From a virus (taxonomy: Duplodnaviria > Caudoviricetes): 45,802 nt of DNA. The position numbers were made by a program, and so were the translations under genes. Below the pieces are notes generated by a model. That model made no database searches, was not told the origin of the DNA, and saw nothing but the letters and a program-made list of their open reading frames with translations. Numbering within the stretch: position 1 is the first letter of the stretch; each line of letters starts with the position of its first letter. The DNA is taken from the IMG/VR virus record IMGVR_UViG_3300030104_004308, positions 1 to 45,802 of that record; one strand, written 5' to 3'. Of this stretch, positions 9,301 through 18,360 are shown one piece after another.

Positions 9301-10579
9301 ATGATTTAGCTAATTTGTAAGATCTTCTCTCTATACTCTCTAATAATTTTTCTGTTCTTCTTGCAGCTCTTTTAATTTCTTGTCTTGCTGCTGTGTTTAA
9401 AGAATATTGTGTACCTGTTTCTCTACCTAATGATCTTATGTAAGATAATTTATTATCTAAACCTTTTAACGCTGCCTCTAAAGGTTTAGCACTTGTTACC
9501 GAAAAAGTTCTCCAGTTTTTAAATGCTGGTAATGTAGCGGTCCATGTAGTTTTAAGAGGTGCACCAAAAGCCGGTAGTACGATCCGCGTTCCAAGATCAC
9601 CTACTACTTTTTTTCCAACTGTATTAGCTAATTGAAATGGTATTTGTATACCCGGAATCTTGCCAATTAATTTAGAAGCTCCTGACACAGGAGCGTTTAT
9701 AGCTTTAGCACCAATACCTAATACGTAAGTACCTGGCTTGTATAAACCATATCTAGCACCAACAGGTAAAGCTTTACCTGCTAAAGAAAAACCAAATCCT
9801 ACTGTAGCTCCTTCTGCACCAAATTTTATTTTATTTATAAATCTAGCCGCAGCTAAATCTCTTCCTGTTTTACCTTCCTCATTAACTCTTTCGTAAAGTA
9901 ATGCGGGTCTAGAAGACTCTGCTACTAACGCATCAGCTGCTCCTAAAGCTAATCCGGATTGACCACCACGTCTTGCTATACTTGTACCAAGTTTTGCAGA
10001 TCTTCTTAAAAATTTGTTTTTAATTTTACTTAAGCTAGCTCTAAATGCTCCGTAGCTTTTAGCTATATTACCTAGTTTAGGTATTTGATTAATTAATTTT
10101 AAAGTTAATGTACTTGGAACTCCATATTGAATACCAATTCTAGTAAGATCTCCTGTTAAAGTTTTAGGACTTCCATGATCAGCTATAAACTCTTCTGTAA
10201 CTTTATCTAATTCTTTCGTGTAATTAGTATCAAAAGCATAATCGACAGGAATAGTAAGAAGTTCAGATAAACCTTTTATAATTCTTCCTGTTCCACCAAC
10301 AACTGCTGCTTGAAATTCTCTTCCAGCTGTAGTTTCATTAGGACCTAGATCTTGTTCAAAGATAGTTTCTTCACCTTTTTCTTTTTGTCTTTTGTTATAA
10401 ATATCTAAAGCAAGACCAATTCCTAAATTCATTGGACTTGATCTTAAATTATCTATAGCGTCACCCGGAACGACTTTTACTTTTCGTTCGTTAGACCTTC
10501 TTTCTAATACGTTATTTTTGGTATTTTGGTTTTGAATTATTTCTTTAACCAATTGCGGTGACAAAGACCTATCAGCCAT
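6341..10579 (-). CDS. Large putative internal virion/DNA ejection protein
   Basis: 1412 aa; last of four coupled genes after the tail genes, the position of podoviral ejection proteins; PFGNFVSFPAEMLR motif. Confidence 0.6.
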   Translation of the reverse strand: MADRSLSPQLVKEIIQNQNTKNNVLERRSNERKVKVVPGDAIDNLRSSPMNLGIGLALDIYNKRQKEKGEETIFEQDLGPNETTAGREFQAAVVGGTGRIIKGLSELLTIPVDYAFDTNYTKELDKVTEEFIADHGSPKTLTGDLTRIGIQYGVPSTLTLKLINQIPKLGNIAKSYGAFRASLSKIKNKFLRRSAKLGTSIARRGGQSGLALGAADALVAESSRPALLYERVNEEGKTGRDLAAARFINKIKFGAEGATVGFGFSLAGKALPVGARYGLYKPGTYVLGIGAKAINAPVSGASKLIGKIPGIQIPFQLANTVGKKVVGDLGTRIVLPAFGAPLKTTWTATLPAFKNWRTFSVTSAKPLEAALKGLDNKLSYIRSLGRETGTQYSLNTAARQEIKRAARRTEKLLESIERRSYKLAKSFEGKYNTAKTSPASMDYYLDGVLEYLKGQRTLNSLPKDLRVTSQALNKDLLEIKKTFGELLPAGDLKDAVLKNLKGYMRKSFAIFENPGYAVPETSPLFKKAKQYALNLINGKGGGQFRVEAKKVFGAPGVSVGRARELQAESMVKEVLRLGKQDMFDPIQNLNKIGESLKIKNFIATGEELPTVIKNLLGQQNTLKSSVLTTTSSMVTQTTNKMLFDRLATELTKARILFKSEEAAKRAGITNPAVVSGARGLGEMKTLLQDVKKPLYGASDIVEALTSTKGPLDAWLQSGVYKNLLQLKTGVQYGKTVLSPETQVRNFYSAAMFPMARGVIGGRASVTEAIAMVVDDIFRAGKGNAQAELRLLDNINEGIKYGVLDENIVASELQAVLREVRNGKIASVEGLAKFLEKNPFTEKAARLYAGGDNVWKWYTYNWYKSFTKDLFKGDLNKARTWFKEIAGRDLLSKTLSGQKVDIDEAIRQAASWYTRNTIPTYSKVPIAIQALRRTPFGNFVSFPAEMLRTTFNNFAISMKEASSTNPELRAMGIRGLFGLYTTLGGISYATKGLYNSITGVDDELMNLYKLYFAPEYMKNSNLLALSKPDKGNFKVVNLSDFIPQSVVIEPLEAVFAKIREGKALGDVDALEVTFGPNGPVRTFFESYLTTPIGFEPFIDVGRGRTDTGKIIWSPTDSLGDKWNKSWKHILMTLEPGIITSSRKFYDSIIKQPTPSGVLRETGDVVIGASTGLKPFNASIAEALDYKVSDFSRIRTDVFKGEKLYKFNDIYTRGGPVIVNEFIDIQREAFRLQKEIYGAIKAAEAWGMSKRDIRKVFKARTGLSTKQINDIMRGRFTPVNYSKSLFEKKVDILKKREKEQGFDYELDKNFVYPKRGLNRVIRKLKRDKLDEEFFYDRPVKNDLRGFLPQINLNEPKATVSAQPVKPKVQPLAPQPQPTKIAATAPAVNPNTLLTRSESALLSPTEQQIRLNQRT

Positions 10580-10580
10580 T

Positions 10581-11603
10581 TTATGCCTCCTGTGGTAATA
10601 CTAATTCAACTCCGTATTTACTATTAAAATTATCTACATCTGATTGCGTAGCAATTTCAGCAAAGTCTGCTAGCGCTTCATAGCTTGTAGCTAAAAGATT
10701 TACGATGTCATCAGTTATTTCTTTTGGTAATCTAGCTCTTAATTCATCATAACTTATTTGTGTAGGTTGAGGATTTGTTACTGTCTCTGTTTCTTGCACG
10801 TTAACATCTGTTATTCCAGCTGGTGTGGCTGTCATTAAATTCATATCTTCTGTAACTGATCCACCTTCAGCTAATCCTGCATCAAAATCACCTACTAATC
10901 TTAATAAGTATTCTACAACTGCTTCGTTAATTTCTTCTAAAGTTGCATCATCACCTAAACTATCTTGAACTGTTTCAGTAACTGCTACAATTGTTTGAGG
11001 ATTTAAAATTCTAAATTTAGAAGCTTTGTTACCACCTCTAGCTATATCTAATTTAACTTCATCTCTTTTAGCATTAAGTGTTGCTATTTCTGTTTCATCT
11101 TTTGCAGCAGCAATTTTTTTGTCATAAAATTTATCGACTACATCTAATTGAACTTCTGTAGCTGTTTTCTTATCAGCTTTAGCCATTCCTACTTTGTAAT
11201 CTAAACCTGCACCTGTAAGAGAGGTTGCAAGATCTTGTCTTGATTGTCCTCTTGTATCCATAGAACTCGCTATGTCTGTTCCTAATTTTGCTAAAGGTTT
11301 AGATGCTGTAGCCAATGCTCCTGAAATTCCACCACCTTCTGATGGTCTTCCTAATAAATCTAAACCAGCACTAGCTACTCTTAAATAATCACTTGTACTT
11401 AATCCTCTTCGTTCTGGAATACCTCTTAAAATTTCTTCTCTCATACTTAATACTTCTTCACCAATTCCTGAATAACCACCTGGACCATCTACCAATCCTC
11501 TTTTATTTGGCATACCACCATTAGCCAAACCAGAAGCGATCCCCGTTCCGTAGCTTGATGCTCGGCCTCCTCTAAACATTGGTCTTCTTAAAATTCTACT
11601 CAT
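10581..11603 (-). CDS. Putative internal virion protein
   Basis: 340 aa; MSRILRRPMFRGG N-terminus; LANGG and LAEGG motifs; acidic C-terminal domain. Confidence 0.5.
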   Translation of the reverse strand: MSRILRRPMFRGGRASSYGTGIASGLANGGMPNKRGLVDGPGGYSGIGEEVLSMREEILRGIPERRGLSTSDYLRVASAGLDLLGRPSEGGGISGALATASKPLAKLGTDIASSMDTRGQSRQDLATSLTGAGLDYKVGMAKADKKTATEVQLDVVDKFYDKKIAAAKDETEIATLNAKRDEVKLDIARGGNKASKFRILNPQTIVAVTETVQDSLGDDATLEEINEAVVEYLLRLVGDFDAGLAEGGSVTEDMNLMTATPAGITDVNVQETETVTNPQPTQISYDELRARLPKEITDDIVNLLATSYEALADFAEIATQSDVDNFNSKYGVELVLPQEA

Positions 11604-12352
11604 TATCTTGACCCAAACATTCCTCTGGCTGCTCCCAGTAATCCAGTTGCACCAATACCTAATCCTAATAACTGTTGAGTTGTGCTAGGAGGAGGTGTTG
11701 ATTGAACTTGTGTTGCTGCAGGGAAACCACCAATTACTGATGCAAGCTGCGGACCAATTAATCCTAGTCTTGTGTAATCAGCAAATGCTGTTTCTCTAGC
11801 TGCTTCTTGATCTGCTGCTAATTGAGCTTGACCAAGTTGTCTTTGTTGTCCACCGATTTGGCTTTGATACTGACCCAAACCTTGTTGCTGTTGTAATTGT
11901 GAACCTGCTTGTTGTTGTGCTTGTTGAAATCCTTGTTGTCTTAATTGTGATTCTAATAATGCTCTTTGTGTTGCAGCGTCAGCTTGAAATACTCCTTCAG
12001 CTGCAGCCATTCTACTACCACCAAAAGCTCCTGCTCCTGCTGCTTGTTGTCTTAATGCATTTAATCCACTCGCTTGCTCTCTTTGTAAAGCTGCAAGCGA
12101 AGCATCAATTACTTCTTGTTGGTAAGGACTTTGAAATTGTTGATAAGCTTGTGGTCCTACTAAAGAATCTAAACCTGCTGCGGCTGTTGCTGCTTGTTGT
12201 TCTAAAGCTGATTGACCTTCTACAAATTGTCTACCTGTATAAGTTGATGTAGGTAACGCTGTACCTAATAATTTTAAACCTTCGTTAGTTACGCCTAGAC
12301 CGGCTGCTTCTACAAAGGGTTCTCTATACTGCCTAGTTTCTGTTATTGCCAT
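11603..12352 (-). CDS. Gln/Ala/Gly-rich DNA transfer (ejection/pilot-like) protein
   Basis: 249 aa; SPYQQEVID, GAGAFGGSR, Q-rich coiled coil, hydrophobic Gly-rich C-terminus. Confidence 0.6.
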   Translation of the reverse strand: MAITETRQYREPFVEAAGLGVTNEGLKLLGTALPTSTYTGRQFVEGQSALEQQAATAAAGLDSLVGPQAYQQFQSPYQQEVIDASLAALQREQASGLNALRQQAAGAGAFGGSRMAAAEGVFQADAATQRALLESQLRQQGFQQAQQQAGSQLQQQQGLGQYQSQIGGQQRQLGQAQLAADQEAARETAFADYTRLGLIGPQLASVIGGFPAATQVQSTPPPSTTQQLLGLGIGATGLLGAARGMFGSR

Positions 12353-14277
12353 TATACTTTTGCCTCCAAGTTATGCATTAAATCATACATACGTTTTGCG
12401 CCTTGGTTAACACTTCCGCCACCTGCAGCTCTAACTGCATCGGCTGTCATTACAAATTCGTTCTTGCTTAATCTTGCAGGAACATCATCTGCTTTTTCTT
12501 TTGTTCCTTCAGGAATAAATCCTCCACCTCTCATATCCTTATCCATGCCAGTATTCAATAAATTTCTGTTCATTAAACCACCGGCTTCCATTCTTCTAGC
12601 ATGATGTGCTATGCCACCCATAGCTGCATCCATCATATCAGGTTTGTTAGGTAATACTTGAGGCATTTTTTCTTCAAATAGTCTGTCTTCGTCAAATTCA
12701 GGAAACGATCGTGGTCCTGGCTCTTCATCGCCTGTATCTTCGGGCTCACCTTTTTTTCTTCTTTTTACTTTACCACCCTCTTTAAATGGATCATGACCAA
12801 TCGCATTATAATATGCATCACTATCATAAGCAATGTCTCCTGCTGCTTCATAGCTATAACCTAAAGACATTAAATGTTCTAAACGGTCTTGATACCATTG
12901 AGGTCCCGCTGTTTGACCTTTAATTTCTTCCATTTGATCTCTTGGTGTTGAATCCATTGAACCACCTTTAGCCATACCTGATCTAGCTTGTGCTAAAAAT
13001 TCTGAAAAAGACATAGGAACTAATCCTTGTTCTTCCATTTCAAAAACATATTGCTCATACATTTCTTCTATGTCTGTTTTATATCCTGATGCCATTTGCA
13101 TAATACCTTCATTAGGTTTTTGACTCATTCTATCAAAAGCGTCTCTAGCTGCTTTAGCTGCATCTGCTGGAGATAAACCCATATCTAAAAACTCTTCGTA
13201 AAGTTGTTCTAAAACTCTTTCATTATTTATATCTGATGCTTGTTCACCATATTGTATACCTTGGTCTTTCATAAAATCCATAATATTTAAATCATCTGTT
13301 TCTTCTTCTATTTCTATTTCACCCCCTCTAGCAAAACCCATTCTCATAGGTGTAGGATCAGTAAAGAAAGATTTTCCATAAGCTTTTTCTATTCCACCTA
13401 AAGCTTGACTCATTAATCCAGCATAATCTGGATCTGCTGGTCTTGTATAATAAACTTTTTCTTCTTCTTCCAGATCTTCAGGTTCCTCGTCTTTGCCGTT
13501 ACTTCGAATTAAAGGTTTAGCTTCTTTTCTTGAATATCTATTGTTTTTTTCCATAGATTTCATAAAACCTTTTAGACCTTTGGGAGCTTTTGTTCTTTTT
13601 TTAAATTTTTCTATTAATTCTATAAGTCCACCTTTTTCGTATCCATATCTATCTAACATTGAATTTATCTCATCTGGTTCGTAAGCTCCTGTATTTATAT
13701 AAATATTATAAATAGCACTTCTTCTATCTGCTTTACTTTTCATACCTTGTGATAATAAACTTTGATTGTATTTATCTATTTCTGCTTGATTAAGTTCTGC
13801 AAATCTAGCAGCTGAATCTATTGCTGTTTGTGCACCAATTGTTTTTAATGCACCCGCTCCTTTAATTCCTTCAGATGCTCTTGATAATACACCTGCTGTT
13901 TTTGCAGCTGCTCTTGCTCCTGCTGTGTCTCCTATTGCAACAAAACTATCTGAATCAGCTATAAGGTTAGGATCTAGTCTTCCTGCTACATTTCCTAAAC
14001 CTTCAGCTAAAAGATCTGGTGCACCAGCTAATGCTGCTGTTCTTAAAATGTTTGCATCTTCATCAGTGGCTGCTGCTGTAGCTCCTGCAATTAAACCTTT
14101 TGAAATAGCATTTCTTAAACCTGCGTTTCCAATACCACTTAAAAAAGTGTTGGAGCCAGCCATTTGTGGACCACCATAAAACGCTGCTATATAAGGTAAT
14201 GCTGGCCTAATTTCTTTAGGTATAATTTTTTTGGCTATCTTACGAACTGGTCTGAATACTTTTTTTAAAAATCCCAT
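12352..14277 (-). CDS. Putative internal virion protein with multiple xxGG-delimited modules
   Basis: 641 aa; amphipathic basic N-terminus, Ala/Gly-rich region, seven GG motifs, C-terminal DDVPARLSKNEFVMTADAVR domain. Confidence 0.6.
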   Translation of the reverse strand: MGFLKKVFRPVRKIAKKIIPKEIRPALPYIAAFYGGPQMAGSNTFLSGIGNAGLRNAISKGLIAGATAAATDEDANILRTAALAGAPDLLAEGLGNVAGRLDPNLIADSDSFVAIGDTAGARAAAKTAGVLSRASEGIKGAGALKTIGAQTAIDSAARFAELNQAEIDKYNQSLLSQGMKSKADRRSAIYNIYINTGAYEPDEINSMLDRYGYEKGGLIELIEKFKKRTKAPKGLKGFMKSMEKNNRYSRKEAKPLIRSNGKDEEPEDLEEEEKVYYTRPADPDYAGLMSQALGGIEKAYGKSFFTDPTPMRMGFARGGEIEIEEETDDLNIMDFMKDQGIQYGEQASDINNERVLEQLYEEFLDMGLSPADAAKAARDAFDRMSQKPNEGIMQMASGYKTDIEEMYEQYVFEMEEQGLVPMSFSEFLAQARSGMAKGGSMDSTPRDQMEEIKGQTAGPQWYQDRLEHLMSLGYSYEAAGDIAYDSDAYYNAIGHDPFKEGGKVKRRKKGEPEDTGDEEPGPRSFPEFDEDRLFEEKMPQVLPNKPDMMDAAMGGIAHHARRMEAGGLMNRNLLNTGMDKDMRGGGFIPEGTKEKADDVPARLSKNEFVMTADAVRAAGGGSVNQGAKRMYDLMHNLEAKV

Positions 14278-14342
14278 AATATTTAATGTGTTATTTAAGT
14301 GAAATGCAAGTTGGCTAGCCTTGATATAGCCAGTAATCTTAT

Positions 14343-14371
14343 ATTTTACTTGTTTTTATGCCTCCCGTCAA
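14343..14371 (-). promoter_or_regulatory. Sigma70-type promoter for the internal-protein operon
   Basis: Minus strand TTGACG (14371-14366), 17 nt, TAAAAT (14348-14343) in an intergenic gap. Confidence 0.65.
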
Positions 14372-14375
14372 TCAA

Positions 14376-14621
14376 TTATAATTTTGTCTCATTACCCAAA
14401 GGAACGTGTTCTACAATGATTTTTACGTCTCTTCGGATGTCTTCTGCTTTAGTAGCAGTATCTTTATTTTGTACGTCTGCCAACGCTTCTGCGTCGGAGA
14501 AGTATTCTTGTCCTGTTTTTATGTTAGTTAAAGTAACCTCTGTTTCTGGTGTTAAAACTGGGGTTCTACTACCATTAATCATTTCATATCTTATGCTAGC
14601 TTTTTGTTCTGTAAACGGCAT
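14376..14621 (-). CDS. Hypothetical phage protein
   Basis: 81 aa, TAATG coupling to upstream gene. Confidence 0.6.
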   Translation of the reverse strand: MPFTEQKASIRYEMINGSRTPVLTPETEVTLTNIKTGQEYFSDAEALADVQNKDTATKAEDIRRDVKIIVEHVPLGNETKL

Positions 14622-14953
14622 TACCTATCCTCTCTGTTCATTTCTAATATAGATGCAACTACATCAACTGCACCACTTGTACATTCAACCTTTAATACTT
14701 CACTTTCTTCCATAACTAAAGGTTCTGTTAATACTTGTTCTGTTTGATTAGCAGATAAATCAACATCATTATCAACTACAAAACTAGTGCCTCCTGCATT
14801 AACTAAAGTAACTTTAACAACCGCTGCACCACCTGCATCTTCTGCTACGTTAAGTGATTTAACAATAGAACGTGAATTTGCTGGCACTGTATAAAGTACA
14901 GTTAGTGCTGTTGTCGTTAAACTTACTTTTTCATTTTTATAAATATTAGCCAT
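14621..14953 (-). CDS. Small beta-rich structural protein
   Basis: 110 aa; similar pattern to 28285-28611 (LYTVP...IV...L.V...LVME...L.V). Confidence 0.55.
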   Translation of the reverse strand: MANIYKNEKVSLTTTALTVLYTVPANSRSIVKSLNVAEDAGGAAVVKVTLVNAGGTSFVVDNDVDLSANQTEQVLTEPLVMEESEVLKVECTSGAVDVVASILEMNREDR

Positions 14954-15110
14954 AGAACCACGTAAACCTTTCTTGATTTTCTTTTTGCTCTGTTAAAAAT
15001 GTAGAGTTTAATTGTTCTACAATTAATGCAATAGATCTGTTAATTTGTCTTTGGTTATCTACTTCGTATTCTTCTTTAGGTTCTGGTATTCTTACATTTA
15101 CTTTAGGCAT
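14946..15110 (-). CDS. Small hypothetical protein, 54 aa (absent from ORF track)
   Basis: MPKVNVRIPEPKEEYEVDNQRQINRSIALIVEQLNSTFLTEQKENQERFTWFYG; TAATG coupling at 15110; fills the gap exactly. Confidence 0.7.
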   Translation of the reverse strand: MPKVNVRIPEPKEEYEVDNQRQINRSIALIVEQLNSTFLTEQKENQERFTWFYG

Positions 15111-17158
15111 TATCTTCTCCCGTCTGGTTGTAGGTCAGCTTGAAACGTTCCAAATCTCCACGCTTCACCTGATCCTGTGTTTTCTATTTTAATCGCAGCA
15201 TATCTACCACGAGCTCTTGTATCTACTTTAGTCGTAGTTGAAGTAATTGTAAAGGGACTTAAAGCTGTAGCTGTATTAGGATCTGCAGGATAAGCAGCCA
15301 CAGATATAGTAACGTTTGCATTACCTGTTAATGTTTTAAAGTTAGGTAAAAATCTACGCATAGCTAAAAAGTATTCAGCTGCACCTTGATCTGTTTGTAA
15401 AGAAAAATCATAAGATTGTATAAAAGAAGTTAATGCTGTAGTTGACCCATCAGGATTAATTTGATCGGTCCCCGTTTCGTGCTCAAATAATGTGCTATTA
15501 CCTAAACCTGATAATCCAACAACTGCAGGAAAAGTTCCTGATCCGCTAGAATTGTATGAAGTAGCGTATGGTAATGGATAAACTAATGAATCAATCCAAC
15601 TTGTTCTAATAGCATTAGTATTAACTCCTGTATACCAATTGCCCATAGGCACTTTCATATTAGCATCACCATAGTTATAACTTACATATCTATTATTAAA
15701 ACTAGAACTAGATGTTGGGTACCACCACGTTACTTCTGTAAATAAATTATTAAGACCAGCACATACTTGTTGACCTTTAGTTGTATCAATATCATCAAAT
15801 ACATAATCTTCTACAGAACATGCTAATGTTTTAACTGTACCATCAAAACCAAAAAAACCATTGTTACTCATCCAATAAGCAACACCATCTATTTCTGTAA
15901 CTGCGTTCTTACCAATTAATCCACAGTTAGTGCCAACTTGTTCAAAGCCAAATGTAAAAGGAGCTCCAACAAATTTCATTGTATACAAAGCATTATCAGT
16001 CCAAATAAGAATTGTTTCTTTAGCAACTAACGCAGATATAATTTTAGTTCCGTCTTGTAATCTAAATGAACCGGCTGTGTTGGTAGCTAGTGTAGTAAAT
16101 TTGTTTAGTTGTTCTGAATCAGAAAATCTAATTAATAAGTCATCTTGAGTTGTGGCATCTCCAATTGTTTCCTCTGTGCCAAAATGAATTAAGTGTCTTG
16201 TTGTAGGAGAAACTAAAGTTAATCTAGATTTAGTAGGATTACCTACCGCTGCTCCATCACTGTTAGTTCCAATTAAAGTTGCAAAAGGAGAATCAACACC
16301 CGTTAAAGACCCATCGGTGCTTGGTGTAGATACTGATGCTCTTTGTGATGTAGGATCTGCTGCTCCACCATTCCATGTAAAAGTTTTACCATTAGCAATA
16401 GTTGCAATTAAAACTTCACCAAAAGAATCAAAAGACCAAAGTCCTGGTTCTAAAGTTTGTGTTGAAGCTGCTACTGCAATTCCCCACCCTGTATCTGATC
16501 CACCTGTTACTACACCACCAAAAGTAGAAATACCAAAACCATAACCATACTCTTGTTCTGCTGGACCAACAACTTCATAAGGTTGAATATCAACTGTTCC
16601 ATCAGATGAAGTAGCGCTAGCTGCGTTTGGTATTGTGGCTGTAAATGTAGTTAAACTTGGTACAGAAATAACTTGTACAATTTTATCTTCTAAATCACTT
16701 GGTGTTATTCCACTTGATCCAGCTGCAAAATTATTAAAGACAACCATGTCACCCACAGACAATCCATGGCTAACTGGAGCTCCACCATTTTTAGTTGTAA
16801 CTGTTATAGTTGTTGAAGTATTTGTAGTCTCTACACTTGACGTTAAGTATTGTATTTGAGTTCCGGCGTTATCAGTTCTAAACGGTGTAATGTCAAACAG
16901 TTGTCCTTCAAAATATAAAAGTAAAAATTTATCTGTGCCTACAGCAACATATCTATTTCCATCGTTATCTACAAAAGGAAACATCTTTCTTGTAACACCT
17001 ACCATTGTGTCTGTTAGCAAAGATTGCCAACCACCAACTTTTTCTGGCAAACCATATCTAAATCTTACATTATCAGAATCAGTCCATCTTCCAATAGCAC
17101 CAACTTTAGTGTCTTGTTTATCTATTCCAGGGGCAAATTTAATTTGAGTTAGAGCCAT
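15110..17158 (-). CDS. Tail stabilisation/nozzle protein (P22 gp10 / tail tubular B-like)
   Basis: 682 aa beta-rich; WTDSDNVRFRYGLPEKVGGW, IRFSDSE, NTAGSFRL, GTNCGLIG, DTRARGR; position in tail block. Confidence 0.7.
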   Translation of the reverse strand: MALTQIKFAPGIDKQDTKVGAIGRWTDSDNVRFRYGLPEKVGGWQSLLTDTMVGVTRKMFPFVDNDGNRYVAVGTDKFLLLYFEGQLFDITPFRTDNAGTQIQYLTSSVETTNTSTTITVTTKNGGAPVSHGLSVGDMVVFNNFAAGSSGITPSDLEDKIVQVISVPSLTTFTATIPNAASATSSDGTVDIQPYEVVGPAEQEYGYGFGISTFGGVVTGGSDTGWGIAVAASTQTLEPGLWSFDSFGEVLIATIANGKTFTWNGGAADPTSQRASVSTPSTDGSLTGVDSPFATLIGTNSDGAAVGNPTKSRLTLVSPTTRHLIHFGTEETIGDATTQDDLLIRFSDSEQLNKFTTLATNTAGSFRLQDGTKIISALVAKETILIWTDNALYTMKFVGAPFTFGFEQVGTNCGLIGKNAVTEIDGVAYWMSNNGFFGFDGTVKTLACSVEDYVFDDIDTTKGQQVCAGLNNLFTEVTWWYPTSSSSFNNRYVSYNYGDANMKVPMGNWYTGVNTNAIRTSWIDSLVYPLPYATSYNSSGSGTFPAVVGLSGLGNSTLFEHETGTDQINPDGSTTALTSFIQSYDFSLQTDQGAAEYFLAMRRFLPNFKTLTGNANVTISVAAYPADPNTATALSPFTITSTTTKVDTRARGRYAAIKIENTGSGEAWRFGTFQADLQPDGRR

Positions 17159-17168
17159 TGATTAGCTC

Positions 17169-17900
17169 CTAGGTATTTTTGTAACTCCAACCTCTAGTAC
17201 TGTTTAAGTAAACTAATGTAATAGCTTGACCAGCAGTGCTTAAAACTAAATTACCTGCTGCGCTATTAAGGTTAGAACCATTTGGATTAATTGTTAAGTT
17301 GTTAGAACTAAATGTAGCTAACGCATCTATAATTGTTACCTCATCTCCTACGCTAGGTGATGCAGGTAAGTTAACTGTAAATGGGTTAACGTTTGTGCTA
17401 CAAATTAATTGATCTCCGGCTACTGCTAAATAAGGTGCATTAGAGTCAGAGATTGAATTGTATCCTTTTTGCATAATACCAATAGTCGTATCTGTGCCAT
17501 CTGATACTAATAAAAGTTTTGAACCTGTTGGTACAGGAACAGAACTAGCTGATCCAGTCGTCAATACACTTAAAGTTCTATTTGATGTACCTCTTACAGT
17601 TGCGTCTTCAACTATAAAAACTCTAGTTGCTGTACCACCTGTTGTCGTAGCAGGCATAGTTAAAGTTCTGTCGCCTGCTAAAGTACCTGTTAATTTTAAA
17701 TATAAATTTTTACCATTCGCTGTCGTACCATCAGCTAAACTTAAAGTAACATTACCTGAAGCCATATCCACAGTTGTATATCCTGTAGCTGCTTGTTCTA
17801 AAATTTCTAGATTGGTATTAGTGATTGTGCCCCATAAACCAGCTTTTTCACCAGTTGTTATTTTTTCTAATGATATATCCGTTGAGTATGTTGAAGCCAT
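17169..17900 (-). CDS. Tail/baseplate-type structural protein
   Basis: GEKAGLWGTITNTNL N-terminus; C-terminal VNLPASPSVGDEVTIID repeat-type domain seen in T4 gp9/gp10-like proteins. Confidence 0.55.
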   Translation of the reverse strand: MASTYSTDISLEKITTGEKAGLWGTITNTNLEILEQAATGYTTVDMASGNVTLSLADGTTANGKNLYLKLTGTLAGDRTLTMPATTTGGTATRVFIVEDATVRGTSNRTLSVLTTGSASSVPVPTGSKLLLVSDGTDTTIGIMQKGYNSISDSNAPYLAVAGDQLICSTNVNPFTVNLPASPSVGDEVTIIDALATFSSNNLTINPNGSNLNSAAGNLVLSTAGQAITLVYLNSTRGWSYKNT

Positions 17901-17901
17901 A

Positions 17902-18357
17902 TTATAAATCCGTGTCTATTGGTGTCCAAACACCTGTAGCATCTGGATCAATATTTTGCCAAACTATAGCATTTATTGTCCCACTTGCCAAGGTAATTGG
18001 TGTTCCTGTTGGGCTAACACTAGCATCAGCTGTAATCGTTACTGTGCCTGTTGTTAGGGTCATGGCGTTTCCTGTAACGTCTGCCTGTGCTCCAGCAGTA
18101 ACCGTCACATCACCTGTACCAACAGTTAAATCACTACCTGTTAATTCAAAACTTGCATCCCCTGTAATAGTGACTGTTCCAATGTTAACATTTAAATCAT
18201 CACCATCAACAAATTCGATAATAGATGTTGCAGCAATATCAACATTACCAATACTAATAGTAAGTTGATTACCTGTTACGACAACTTTTACATTACCTAA
18301 ATCTAAATTTGTAGCTGAAAATGGAGCTTCAGCAAATGCATTAATACCTAATAACAC
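17902..18357 (-). CDS. Thr/Gly/Val-rich tail-associated protein
   Basis: 151 aa; LGINAFAEAPFS start; ~22-aa TG...L.V..G.VT.T quasi-repeats. Confidence 0.55.
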   Translation of the reverse strand: MLLGINAFAEAPFSATNLDLGNVKVVVTGNQLTISIGNVDIAATSIIEFVDGDDLNVNIGTVTITGDASFELTGSDLTVGTGDVTVTAGAQADVTGNAMTLTTGTVTITADASVSPTGTPITLASGTINAIVWQNIDPDATGVWTPIDTDL

Positions 18358-18360
18358 TGA

